NCBI GenBank assembly: GCA_043812915.1
Contig: JBDRLQ010000018.1
Location: forward strand, 1-17,258
From: Candidatus Micrarchaeota archaeon
GTDB lineage: Archaea > Micrarchaeota > Micrarchaeia > Anstonellales > Bilamarchaeaceae
Reading direction: 5' to 3'
Length of the DNA: 17,258 nt
The translations under genes and the position numbers were made by a program. Positions 7,906 through 16,067 of the stretch are shown here, piece after piece. The notes below the pieces were generated by a model. The model did not search any database and was not told where the DNA came from. It saw nothing but the letters and a program-made list of their open reading frames with translations. Within the stretch, counting starts at the first letter, position 1; each line of letters opens with the position of its first letter.

Positions 7906-9602
7906 CACGGTACCACCAGCTTCATTGTGATTGCGTACATCTGGTAAATCCAGTCATATATCCAGAGGACATACTGGTCCTTGTTCACCAGCTCATGGTC
8001 GTTCACCCAGCCAGGGTCGGCGCAGGTGTAATCCTCAATCAGGAGCGGGACATCAGTTGTCAGTGTTCCGTTGTATGCCAGTATGAGTGCGCCTGGAGCA
8101 AATACATTGACTATGATTCCATAATTGCCTACATAGGGCGCGACATTCTCGCTTGCGTAAACGGTATATAGAAGGTTGCAGGTCGGAGAGAGGACAAACC
8201 TCGCATATCCGCTTGCGTTCCCAACCATTTCAGCCCTTGTAAAAGAGCTCAGTCCCCTGCCGGTTCCGGAATCGTTCCACACCTGCGTTGGGGAGAAAAG
8301 GCTGAGCCCATTGGTTTCAGTTATCACGAACCTTGGATTTGCAACAGTGTTGTTGTTAGAGTCAGTCACCCACATTGTGACGTTGTATGGCCTCCCCCAG
8401 AGCGGAAAGATGTTTGTATAATTGTCATCAATCATGATGTGCAATGTGTAGAACGGGTTGACGTTCACGTTCGTGGACGCGTTGTTGTTGTTCTTGTTGC
8501 ACTCCGCAAGCTGATTGTTCTGGTCGCCCCTTGCCGTGAAAGTATATGTGCCGCTCGCACCTTCGGCGGGCCAGATTATGCTCCGGGAGGTCGTTCCGCC
8601 GCCTGCCGCAAGATTGTTGGTTATCGTCCACTGGGTATTGTTGGTATACCCGCCAGGGCCGGTCATGTTCAGGGCGAGGATGAAGTCGGTCGTTATGTCC
8701 ACATTGCCGTTGTTGGTCAATGTTATCGTGATGTTGGATGTTGCGCCATAGTAGATGTTGCTCGGATTCGCGCTGATGGAGGTTGAAAGGTCGGAGCCTA
8801 TGCAAATCGCGTCGCCAAGGCCGTCGACGACAACAAAGCGGTTGTACACCACCTGGTCGTTTACCGGAAGGCCAAGATCAAGCTGCACAGGCAGCTGGGC
8901 AGAGGTATTCACAACAATCGCGTCGTCGCAGGTGTCCCCGATGTCATCGCTGCACAGGGCAATCAGCATGCTGCGCCCTGTCGTGGAGCTAAGCCCCCAC
9001 TCCGCATCCGCCGGAGACCTGGAGATGCTGCCGACATCAGTCTCGAATGTTATGCTGGTGACATCAGCAGTTACATTGCCGGTCGCCTGGCTGAATGAGC
9101 GGGTTGTCGAGTAAGAGCCGCGGAGCCATCCGTTTGGCGCGGCGATGCCCACATAGGAAGCACCGGAGCCGTCAACATTGTTCGAATACATCGCATGAAT
9201 CCTTCCGGGGAATGCAGATACGAATACCGGCGGTGTGCGGCTGAAATCCCGGAACTGTGAGAACGCGAATGCGTCTATTGGCGTGTAGTAGCAGCCGCCC
9301 CCCGCATTAATCGAAGTGTAGACAAGCGTGTACGGTGAGCCTGTCGTGAGGTTCCAGCTGACAGGAACCTGAATGACCGTTCCGCCACCCAGGTCGGCAG
9401 AGTATACAGCAGCGACATAGCGCATGCCTGCGCCGCATAGCCTCATGCCAAGGTCGGGATTCACCCCGAACGTGTCCGCGTAGACCTTCTGCGCGGCTGA
9501 TGAATAGACATCAGTCACCGTATTTGTATTGTCAATGATGTAGGCGGTCTGGGAAAATGCCAGGCCGGCCACAACACACAAAAACAACAATATCTTGTTC
9601 AT
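7905..9602 (-). CDS. Secreted multidomain surface protein (565 aa): domain C, CARDB domain, domain B
   Basis: Signal peptide MNKILLFLCVVAGLAFS; CARDB signature ITITLTNNGN..GTYTFTARGDQNNQLAECNKNNNNAS at ~8460-8795; starts 2 nt after the upstream stop; no clear TM anchor. Confidence 0.88.
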   Translation of the reverse strand: MNKILLFLCVVAGLAFSQTAYIIDNTNTVTDVYSSAAQKVYADTFGVNPDLGMRLCGAGMRYVAAVYSADLGGGTVIQVPVSWNLTTGSPYTLVYTSINAGGGCYYTPIDAFAFSQFRDFSRTPPVFVSAFPGRIHAMYSNNVDGSGASYVGIAAPNGWLRGSYSTTRSFSQATGNVTADVTSITFETDVGSISRSPADAEWGLSSTTGRSMLIALCSDDIGDTCDDAIVVNTSAQLPVQLDLGLPVNDQVVYNRFVVVDGLGDAICIGSDLSTSISANPSNIYYGATSNITITLTNNGNVDITTDFILALNMTGPGGYTNNTQWTITNNLAAGGGTTSRSIIWPAEGASGTYTFTARGDQNNQLAECNKNNNNASTNVNVNPFYTLHIMIDDNYTNIFPLWGRPYNVTMWVTDSNNNTVANPRFVITETNGLSLFSPTQVWNDSGTGRGLSSFTRAEMVGNASGYARFVLSPTCNLLYTVYASENVAPYVGNYGIIVNVFAPGALILAYNGTLTTDVPLLIEDYTCADPGWVNDHELVNKDQYVLWIYDWIYQMYAITMKLVVP

Positions 9603-9604
9603 AG

Positions 9605-11206
9605 TTACACCGTCGATAATGATTTTGCGATATTTTCGAGTATGGAATTGATGTTCTGCAGGTTGGAGGCGATAAGGGCTGTTGTGAGATCATCCATGTC
9701 CGTCTCCCCTGCGGTGGGGTCCTCAAGAGTGGAATCCACAGGGAATACAAGGGTTACGAAGGGAGCTCCCGCGCTGGGCTCGGTGAGCGCGACCGAGAAA
9801 GTGGCAAGCGTGTTGTACCTTGTCGGTATGAACAGGAATGTCTCGTTGGTGATGAACATGTTCGTGTCGTTGTAGCCGTCCTTCTGCGGCTGCTGGGGCA
9901 CGAAGATCACATGGCCGTTTGACTCGACTACGGCCGCGGTGGCGTTGATGGCTGCCAGTGTCGGATCGTCCAGCACGGTTATGTTCAGCATGTTCGGGGC
10001 GCCCGCTTTCAGGGTGGGCAGCGCGGTATATGTGCCGTTGTTGTAAACAGTGACGTTTGCAACGCGCATTTTCCTCTCGTTGAGCCACTTGCTTGCAACG
10101 CTGGCCAGCGAGTTCATGTTCTGTGAAGACGCCTTAACCTGGCTCTCGTATGTGGGGTTTATCAGGTCGGTCCGATAGGTCGGGCTCAATGAAGAGTAAT
10201 CGGCGATTGAAAGATTCACCCTGCAGTAGAATCCTCCGTCATTGACCTCAAGATATGGCATGTGCCCATAGCTGTCAGGGATGTTGTACCTGGTTGGCGC
10301 AAGGGCGAACAATGCCCTTCCTGCGCCGTCGGTATTCTGGTAGCCCAGGCCGAGGATCTCCCTGCCCAGGGCGAGAATCGGGAACAGGAGGTTCCTTCCA
10401 TTTATCTCGTTCGCGCTTATCCGCACGTTCGGGACCGGAGTGGATGAGTTGTCAGCGACAAGCACCTCCACTCCATACGGGACCCCGCTCTTTGGGAATG
10501 TCGTTGTTTGCACGCCGTCAATCCAAACTGTTATGTTGCAGTCCTCCGCGCCGTAGATGTAGAAATTGTAGGTTTCAAAGGCCGGGACCATGTATTCGAA
10601 ATCGAAGAAGCTCCCGTTGTATCCGAGAAGCGACTCTATCGCAGTCACGAACACCGCCTCAATGTGCGTCCCGTTGTCGAACTTAAGGACACCCATCCTC
10701 GTGTTCGAATTGAGGGTGATGAACGGGCACAGGATCGGAGTGCTGGCCAGATAGCAGGTCATGTAGCTGCAGGCAGGATCGCAGAAGGTATTCAAAGGGC
10801 TGTCGACCGTGCCGGTGAAGTTGAGGCCAGAGAAAATCGAGAAAGGGGAAAACATCCCGCTATCATTGAAATCTGAGATGGCTGGGGAGAAAATCTGGGT
10901 GGTGGCAGGCTTCTCATCCAGCCGGGTCACCATCATTGTCGCATTGAAATATGTCGCGTAAGAGCCGTTCGGCTGGTTGTTGAAGACAGTGGTGTTGCTG
11001 ACATTCTGGGCGGAGACGGGCTGCGTAAGGTCAATCATGCTGCCATTTAGCCAGCCGACAATCGCTCCCCAATGGAGGGCAGGCTCGCCGGTAAGATCTG
11101 CCTGGGTGATATTGCCCCCCTCGATAGATCCATTGGCAGGCTGCGCGCATGCAGTTCCTAATAGGAATAGCAAAAATAATAGTGAGACTGCCTGAATTCT
11201 ACGCAT
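9605..11206 (-). CDS. Secreted multidomain surface protein (533 aa): domain A followed by two copies of domain B
   Basis: Signal peptide MRRIQAVSLLFLLFLLGTACA; EGGNITQADL..HWGAIVGWLNG and YNGSFFDFEYMVP.FETYNFYI match the 225-aa protein; internal repeat with two PTRYN motifs; 20 N-X-S/T sequons by hand count. Confidence 0.88.
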   Translation of the reverse strand: MRRIQAVSLLFLLFLLGTACAQPANGSIEGGNITQADLTGEPALHWGAIVGWLNGSMIDLTQPVSAQNVSNTTVFNNQPNGSYATYFNATMMVTRLDEKPATTQIFSPAISDFNDSGMFSPFSIFSGLNFTGTVDSPLNTFCDPACSYMTCYLASTPILCPFITLNSNTRMGVLKFDNGTHIEAVFVTAIESLLGYNGSFFDFEYMVPAFETYNFYIYGAEDCNITVWIDGVQTTTFPKSGVPYGVEVLVADNSSTPVPNVRISANEINGRNLLFPILALGREILGLGYQNTDGAGRALFALAPTRYNIPDSYGHMPYLEVNDGGFYCRVNLSIADYSSLSPTYRTDLINPTYESQVKASSQNMNSLASVASKWLNERKMRVANVTVYNNGTYTALPTLKAGAPNMLNITVLDDPTLAAINATAAVVESNGHVIFVPQQPQKDGYNDTNMFITNETFLFIPTRYNTLATFSVALTEPSAGAPFVTLVFPVDSTLEDPTAGETDMDDLTTALIASNLQNINSILENIAKSLSTV

Positions 11207-11227
11207 GGGGATAGAAATGACTTAAGC

Positions 11228-11235
11228 ATTATAAA
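11228..11235 (-). promoter_or_regulatory. TATA box of the leaderless 533/565/635-aa operon
   Basis: Minus strand TTTATAAT ends about 22 nt upstream of the ATG at 11206; no SD is visible. Confidence 0.6.
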
Positions 11236-11283
11236 TGTTATTGTTGGTTTTCGGGGAGCCAACGTCTGAAAAAAATCCATAAA

Positions 11284-12048
11284 TCAGGATTTGGAAATCT
11301 TTGTTTTTCCGTTCGGGAGCAGCTCGAGGAGCTCGTCCGGATGGGCCTGGAATCTCTTGGCAAGCTCCTTGGCCAGCGCGCCCTTCTCCTTCCCGGTCTT
11401 AGCAGGGACAAGGCGCGCCTCGCCTTCGAGTTTCTTCTTTGAGCAGTCCGGGACAATCTCCAGGCCGGTCTCGCTCTTTCCAACCCTCACGGCCAGCGGC
11501 GTGCCCCTGAACCATATGCGCTTCCCGATTATCGCGAAGGCCCCGGTCGGGATGAATCCGCCGGCAGCGTGCTTGCTGACCTGCTCCTTTTTCACAGCGT
11601 AAACGTCAACCGCTGCATTGGCGTTCCTCCATGCCTTGGAGTAGCTCGCCGCGAACTGCGCAGTCTCCCGCAGCTCCTGCTCATCCGCCTCAGCCCCATT
11701 CTTCAGGATGATTGCCGAGCCGCCCTGGATGTCCGCGTGGAAGAACAGGTCACTCCCTTCCATGTAGCTTCCGAATACCTGGTCGTTCTGCTGCGCGTTC
11801 CGCCCGCCGACCGCCAATTTCCCTCCGGAAGTGTTGAACCAGTTGAACTTCTCGAACCATTCCCTCTTCCGCTGGACGCGCACCTCTTTCTTTTCCACTC
11901 CCGCCTTGCGCACCTTCTCCAGCTCCCCCTCGGTTTCCTTTATCGCCTGCTCCAGGCCCTCGATTTTCTTCCGGGCTTCCTTTGCATCCTCGTAGTAGCG
12001 CGCTGCGTTTTCGTGGATTGATTTTGTGATGTTTATCCTGATTCTCAT
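11284..12048 (-). CDS. NFACT RNA-binding-domain protein (short Rqc2/RqcH/NEMF-like, lacking NFACT-N and HhH)
   Basis: KSIHENAARYYEDAK..coiled coil..REWFEKFNWF..LAVGGRNAQQND..FFHADIQGGS..AQFAASYSKAW..QVSK..TGAFAIIGKR are hallmark motifs of the C-terminal half of Rqc2/NEMF. Alternative start at 12078. Confidence 0.88.
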   Translation of the reverse strand: MRIRINITKSIHENAARYYEDAKEARKKIEGLEQAIKETEGELEKVRKAGVEKKEVRVQRKREWFEKFNWFNTSGGKLAVGGRNAQQNDQVFGSYMEGSDLFFHADIQGGSAIILKNGAEADEQELRETAQFAASYSKAWRNANAAVDVYAVKKEQVSKHAAGGFIPTGAFAIIGKRIWFRGTPLAVRVGKSETGLEIVPDCSKKKLEGEARLVPAKTGKEKGALAKELAKRFQAHPDELLELLPNGKTKISKS

Positions 12049-12122
12049 TCCATTACCCTGTTGCGGCAAAGCCCTCATTCCTTGTTGGGAAGCCCATCGT
12101 TTTAATCCCTACTGTGCAGGCC

Positions 12123-14063
12123 TCAGTCAATCGTGCCGGATGGGGCGGCAGAGCAGTCCTGGTGCGTCCAGAACAGCCTGCCATAAACGATGCAGCTCTC
12201 GCAATTGGCAGAGAGGAAATCAACGGCCAGTATCCGCGGGTATGGCATGCACCGGTCTGCAGAAACTGTAAGCTCAGACGCCTCTTCATTACCTGGCACA
12301 AGCAAGAGTTCGAAGAATTCCGATTGAAGCTGTGCGCTTTGCGCATCCCCGAAAACATGATATGCCTTTTCCACTTTGGCTCCCGCCCTTGCAACCTCTT
12401 TTTCGCATACCGAGACGGGGGTCTTGAGGCGCTCCCTGTCGCTAAGGCCGTTGTAATCGTTTACATTGCCCGCGATAGCAGCGTCGAAGCGGTAGAGTGC
12501 ATAGCGGTTGACAGGATATGAGTATGAGTGGCCATCCATCGGATAGATTGAGAAGAAGAATACTGAGTCCCCAGGCTCCACCTGGAGATTGTAGTCGAAC
12601 TCATTTGCCATATGGCTGTATCCAAGCGCGGCGAGGAGGGCGATTATGAAAAGGGGCACCAGCTCAACCAGAATCACCCTGCTCTTCTTCCAGCTGAGGA
12701 GCTCCACGAACAGGACAAATGAGATTATGAACGCCGCCTGGATAAGGTCGAGGAACAGCGCATTGAAGAGCTGGATAATCGACATTCCTGGGAACTGGGC
12801 ATCATACCGCATCATGGAGAAAAGGAGTGATGCAGTCACCACGACCCCGACGAAAGCCGCCCAGAAACGGAACTTGATGAGGTATCTCTTCTTCGGCTCA
12901 TGCCTCGAGAAATACAGCAGGAACAGCGCCGCAAGGAACGGGACATTTAGCGGGCCGCCATCGATGGAATACTTGAGCAGTATGAAAGCGCCGAATAGCG
13001 CAGCCACCTTTGTGGCGGGGGTCCTAAAGAGCGGGGCGGAATAGAAGATTGCGATAAGGGCCCCTAGCAGAACCAGGAACTGGACAAGGTAAAGCTGGGC
13101 CGGGACATAATCCAGAAAGACAATTCCATAGTCGATTGTGGTTTCATCAAATTCAAGGCCTGCCATGATTAGCGGGTACACCATCGCAGGCTTCATTGTG
13201 TGTATGTGCAGAAGCGTATTGTAGGAAAAATGGGGGCCGCTGACAGCAAACGCCTCGCCGACAGGCAGCAAATCCATGCCGGGCGGATAGGTGTAGAGGA
13301 AGAATGCCCCGACCGTTATCATGTTCGCCAGAAGCACAAGGAAAATGAAGGTTGCCAGCGCATGTTCCCGCAGTTTCAGGAATGCGGAGCAGAAAATGAA
13401 AATAGAAGCGAAGGCGAAGAAAGCGATTACCTTGGCATCGCTGACTCCATAGGCCACCGGGTCGATGAAAGGCTTGAAGACCAGGCAGATGGACGGCAGC
13501 ACAAAGCATAGTATCGCAAGAACGGCAAAGAGGCCTGATGCCCAGTATTCCCAGCTTATTGATATCTTCTTTTCTTTCAGGTACTCCCTGATTCGCGGAT
13601 AAAGGAAGACTGCCATCGCAAGGAAGAGGATGGCTGAGAACGCATTGCCGATATTCGCAGCTTCCGCCAGAGTGAGGGAGCCGACTAGGATGGCGAATGT
13701 GATAAGCCCGCGAAGCACAATGCCAATGGAAATGAAAGCGAAGGACGCCCAGAAGCTGAAGGAGAGGTTTGTGGAGAGCAGGCTGCAGGTTAGCGCATTG
13801 GCGCCGTTTGCGGTTCCAGGGATTAAGAGCGCGAAGGACACCGGTCCTTTTGTTGAGAGGAGCTTTCCCACGTTGAAATTCCTGAGCAGCCTGTACTTTG
13901 AGAAGATAAAAAGGTAGAGCGGCACCATAAGTATGTTCAGGATTGTTCCAAGCGCATAAATGAGCGGGTCTGTGACTCCTAGCGCAAAGCCCACGAACAG
14001 GGCGCCCCGATTCTCAATGAAGGGAACCACCGAAAGGAGAAGGACAAGCAAAACCTCGTACAT
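12123..14063 (-). CDS. Polytopic membrane protein (646 aa): N-terminal small-multidrug-export-like domain fused to an unrecognised multi-TM region and a Cys-containing C-terminal soluble domain
   Basis: LLSVVPFIENRGALFVG..GTILNIL resembles the PxxExRG motif of the putative small multi-drug export family; many hydrophobic segments follow; the ATG directly abuts the carS stop. Confidence 0.75.
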   Translation of the reverse strand: MYEVLLVLLLSVVPFIENRGALFVGFALGVTDPLIYALGTILNILMVPLYLFIFSKYRLLRNFNVGKLLSTKGPVSFALLIPGTANGANALTCSLLSTNLSFSFWASFAFISIGIVLRGLITFAILVGSLTLAEAANIGNAFSAILFLAMAVFLYPRIREYLKEKKISISWEYWASGLFAVLAILCFVLPSICLVFKPFIDPVAYGVSDAKVIAFFAFASIFIFCSAFLKLREHALATFIFLVLLANMITVGAFFLYTYPPGMDLLPVGEAFAVSGPHFSYNTLLHIHTMKPAMVYPLIMAGLEFDETTIDYGIVFLDYVPAQLYLVQFLVLLGALIAIFYSAPLFRTPATKVAALFGAFILLKYSIDGGPLNVPFLAALFLLYFSRHEPKKRYLIKFRFWAAFVGVVVTASLLFSMMRYDAQFPGMSIIQLFNALFLDLIQAAFIISFVLFVELLSWKKSRVILVELVPLFIIALLAALGYSHMANEFDYNLQVEPGDSVFFFSIYPMDGHSYSYPVNRYALYRFDAAIAGNVNDYNGLSDRERLKTPVSVCEKEVARAGAKVEKAYHVFGDAQSAQLQSEFFELLLVPGNEEASELTVSADRCMPYPRILAVDFLSANCESCIVYGRLFWTHQDCSAAPSGTID

Positions 14064-14543
14064 TTACCACCACACCTTTTTCAGACCTAACTTATAGGCG
14101 ATGATATTGCCGGCAGGGTGCAGCACCAGAGTCATCGGAAGAATGATGATTGCGTTGGCTGGCAGGCTGCCGAACGCCAGGAAGTATGCGATGAAGGCGC
14201 CCACAACGAAATCGAGCTGGTCGAATACCGGGAATGGGGTTCCCGAGGGCATCTTCAGGCGCCTTTTTATGAAGCAGTTTCCGAGGGTTCCAAGATATCC
14301 CCCAGCCCCAAGGACAAGACCCATGAAGGCGGAATATCCAAAAAGGGAATATAGGATTGGGGTGGCAATAAGGAATACCGCGATGCCTTTCCAGTCCCTG
14401 CGCTCGCCGAACCATTGCCTGTGGAGGGGGCGGGCTGACTTGTAGCCGCTTATGTGCCATATTATGACCATCGTGGCGTTCACGATGTAAAGCGGCAGGA
14501 TGAAAACAAGCGCAGAAAGCATGTCCGCAAATAGCCCTTCCAT
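14064..14543 (-). CDS. carS: CDP-archaeol synthase-like protein (CarS/DUF46), divergent
   Basis: LPLYIVNA, FIKRRLKMPSG.PFPVFDQLDFVVGA and the C-terminal LHPAGNIIAYKLGLKKVWW are typical CarS motifs; 159 aa, hydrophobic. Confidence 0.82.
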   Translation of the reverse strand: MEGLFADMLSALVFILPLYIVNATMVIIWHISGYKSARPLHRQWFGERRDWKGIAVFLIATPILYSLFGYSAFMGLVLGAGGYLGTLGNCFIKRRLKMPSGTPFPVFDQLDFVVGAFIAYFLAFGSLPANAIIILPMTLVLHPAGNIIAYKLGLKKVWW

Positions 14544-14565
14544 GTAGAAGTAAGCAGGACTAAGA

Positions 14566-14607
14566 AATAAATAGGTTTCAAAAGCCCTAAAAGCCCTTAA
14601 AAGCGCT
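14566..14607. promoter_or_regulatory. Divergent leaderless promoters containing a triple AAAAGC(C/G)CT tandem repeat
   Basis: Minus strand: GAAACC-TATTTATT (14579-14566), about 22 nt before the carS ATG. Plus strand: CTTAAAAG (14596-14603), about 23 nt before ATG 14627. Repeats at 14580-14588, 14589-14598 and 14599-14607. Confidence 0.55.
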
Positions 14608-14626
14608 CTTCTGCAAATATCGCTTG

Positions 14627-15583
14627 ATGGAAAGGGTCGGGGAGATAGACGCCTTCAGGGGTTTCGTGATAGTGCTGATGGTATTCTTCACGCTCACCCA
14701 GATGCTCAGCTCGAACCTGCCGGATATCCTGAAGCACAACCAGGACTGGGAGCTCCATTTCGGGGATTTCGTCCTTCCGATGTTTCTCTTTGCAAGCGGT
14801 ATGTCCCTTGTTTTCTATGTAAGGAAGCACAACGCAAAAGGCCGGCGGGAGTTCATTTTAGACATTCTCGAGCGCTTCGGGAAGCTGGCCATCATCGCCC
14901 TGATGCTTTCGGTATATACAAGCGGGGAGATTTTCGGGATGGATGTCATCATGCTCAGCGCGCTCCTGTTCCTCGGAACCATGGTTGTGTTCCGGCTCAG
15001 CCAGCCCGCGATACTTGCGCTGATGGCAGCAATCTGCCTGCTCTATTATGCGCTTTTGCAGATTGGCACCATGCCGGTTTCCATGGAAAGCGACCTTGGA
15101 GGATATCCAGCTGCCGCCTACTATTTCACTGTGATGCTCTCAGGCATGCTGTTCGGGAAAGAGCTGGAGCGTAAGAATGAGAGCGGCATGAAGCGCCTTG
15201 CCATAATATTCCTTGCCCTGTTTGCGGGCTCCGCGCTGCTCATGCCGATTGACAAGATGTCCGCATCGCCATCCTTTATGATGCTCTCGGTCCTCATCTC
15301 TCTTGGGTTCTTTTCCGCGACGGCACTGGCCATGAAAGCTGGGAAGCTGCATCTTTTCCAGTGGCTTGGGAGAACGCCATTAAGATATTGGATACTGATG
15401 TTCCTCCTGTTTATCATCCCGCTTATGTATTATACATATTTCAGGGGCCAGGCATTCCCCATGGAGATTGACTGGCACATCGGAATTGCAGTTAGCGCAG
15501 GTGTGATGTTCATGTTGGGGGCAGTTTCCTGGATTATTGACCGCGCACATGAGAAAATAGCGACTGATATGGCACAGAAATGA
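14627..15583 (+). CDS. Heparan-alpha-glucosaminide N-acetyltransferase-like (HGSNAT/DUF1624-type) membrane acyltransferase
   Basis: RVGEIDAFRGFVIVLMVF..LKHNQDWELHFGDFVLPMFLFASGMSL matches the D.fRG..H..w.g...aD..fP.FlF..G.s consensus; KMSASPSF motif; multi-TM. ATG at 14627 preferred over TTG at 14624. Confidence 0.85.
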   Translation: MERVGEIDAFRGFVIVLMVFFTLTQMLSSNLPDILKHNQDWELHFGDFVLPMFLFASGMSLVFYVRKHNAKGRREFILDILERFGKLAIIALMLSVYTSGEIFGMDVIMLSALLFLGTMVVFRLSQPAILALMAAICLLYYALLQIGTMPVSMESDLGGYPAAAYYFTVMLSGMLFGKELERKNESGMKRLAIIFLALFAGSALLMPIDKMSASPSFMMLSVLISLGFFSATALAMKAGKLHLFQWLGRTPLRYWILMFLLFIIPLMYYTYFRGQAFPMEIDWHIGIAVSAGVMFMLGAVSWIIDRAHEKIATDMAQK

Positions 15584-15631
15584 GCGCCTGCATTGTGTCA
15601 GAATGCGGATGCAACGTGCAAGAAAAATACG

Positions 15632-15688
15632 TTTATAAACATTATTGTCGAGAAGGTCAGTAGATGCAATCGATAACGATTGAGGTGA
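15632..15688 (+). promoter_or_regulatory. TATA box and strong SD of the pilin gene
   Basis: TTTATAAA at 15632-15639 preceded by an A-rich tract; GAGGTGA at 15682-15688, 7 nt before ATG 15696. Confidence 0.75.
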
Positions 15689-15695
15689 ACTAAGA

Positions 15696-16067
15696 ATGGA
15701 TCCATTATCAAAAATGAAAATGGTCGGCAGAGTAATGATGATTCTCATGCTCCTTTCGGGTTTTGCATTCGCAAACACCGGCGGAGGAACTGAGAACCTC
15801 GAGCAGGCCATGGAAGACCTGTGCAACAACGCACGTGCGCTTCTCGGTATCGGAGCTATGCTCCTTGTAATACTTGCAGCCGCAGTTTATGCGATTGGAC
15901 AGATTGTTGGTGCAGAAACCAGGGCCAGGGCTTCGGTCTGGGCCACGGCGATGCTTACCGGTGCCGTCATCGGTGTCATCATCTACATGCTGGTGCCAAC
16001 AATAGTCGCAACAATTCTGGGCTCAGATTCACCGGGAGACAACCCCTGTGCATTTACCTTTACATGA
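15696..16067 (+). CDS. TrbC/VirB2-like (conjugative-type) pilin
   Basis: 123 aa. Signal peptide ending FAFA, an amphipathic helix, then two TM helices separated by a short basic loop (GAETRARA) followed by AMLTGAVIGVIIY; two Cys. This is VirB2/TrbC architecture, with no class III (type IV) prepilin motif. Confidence 0.75.
   Translation: MDPLSKMKMVGRVMMILMLLSGFAFANTGGGTENLEQAMEDLCNNARALLGIGAMLLVILAAAVYAIGQIVGAETRARASVWATAMLTGAVIGVIIYMLVPTIVATILGSDSPGDNPCAFTFT

Noticed and set aside
8481..8499. (GTT)n microsatellite-like run
   Set aside because: It encodes the NKNNNN end of the CARDB motif.
3472..14460. Antisense and alternate-frame ORFs of 60-152 aa overlapping the main genes
   Set aside because: They are nested in well-supported CDSs and show no family motifs or own expression signals; typical antisense openness.
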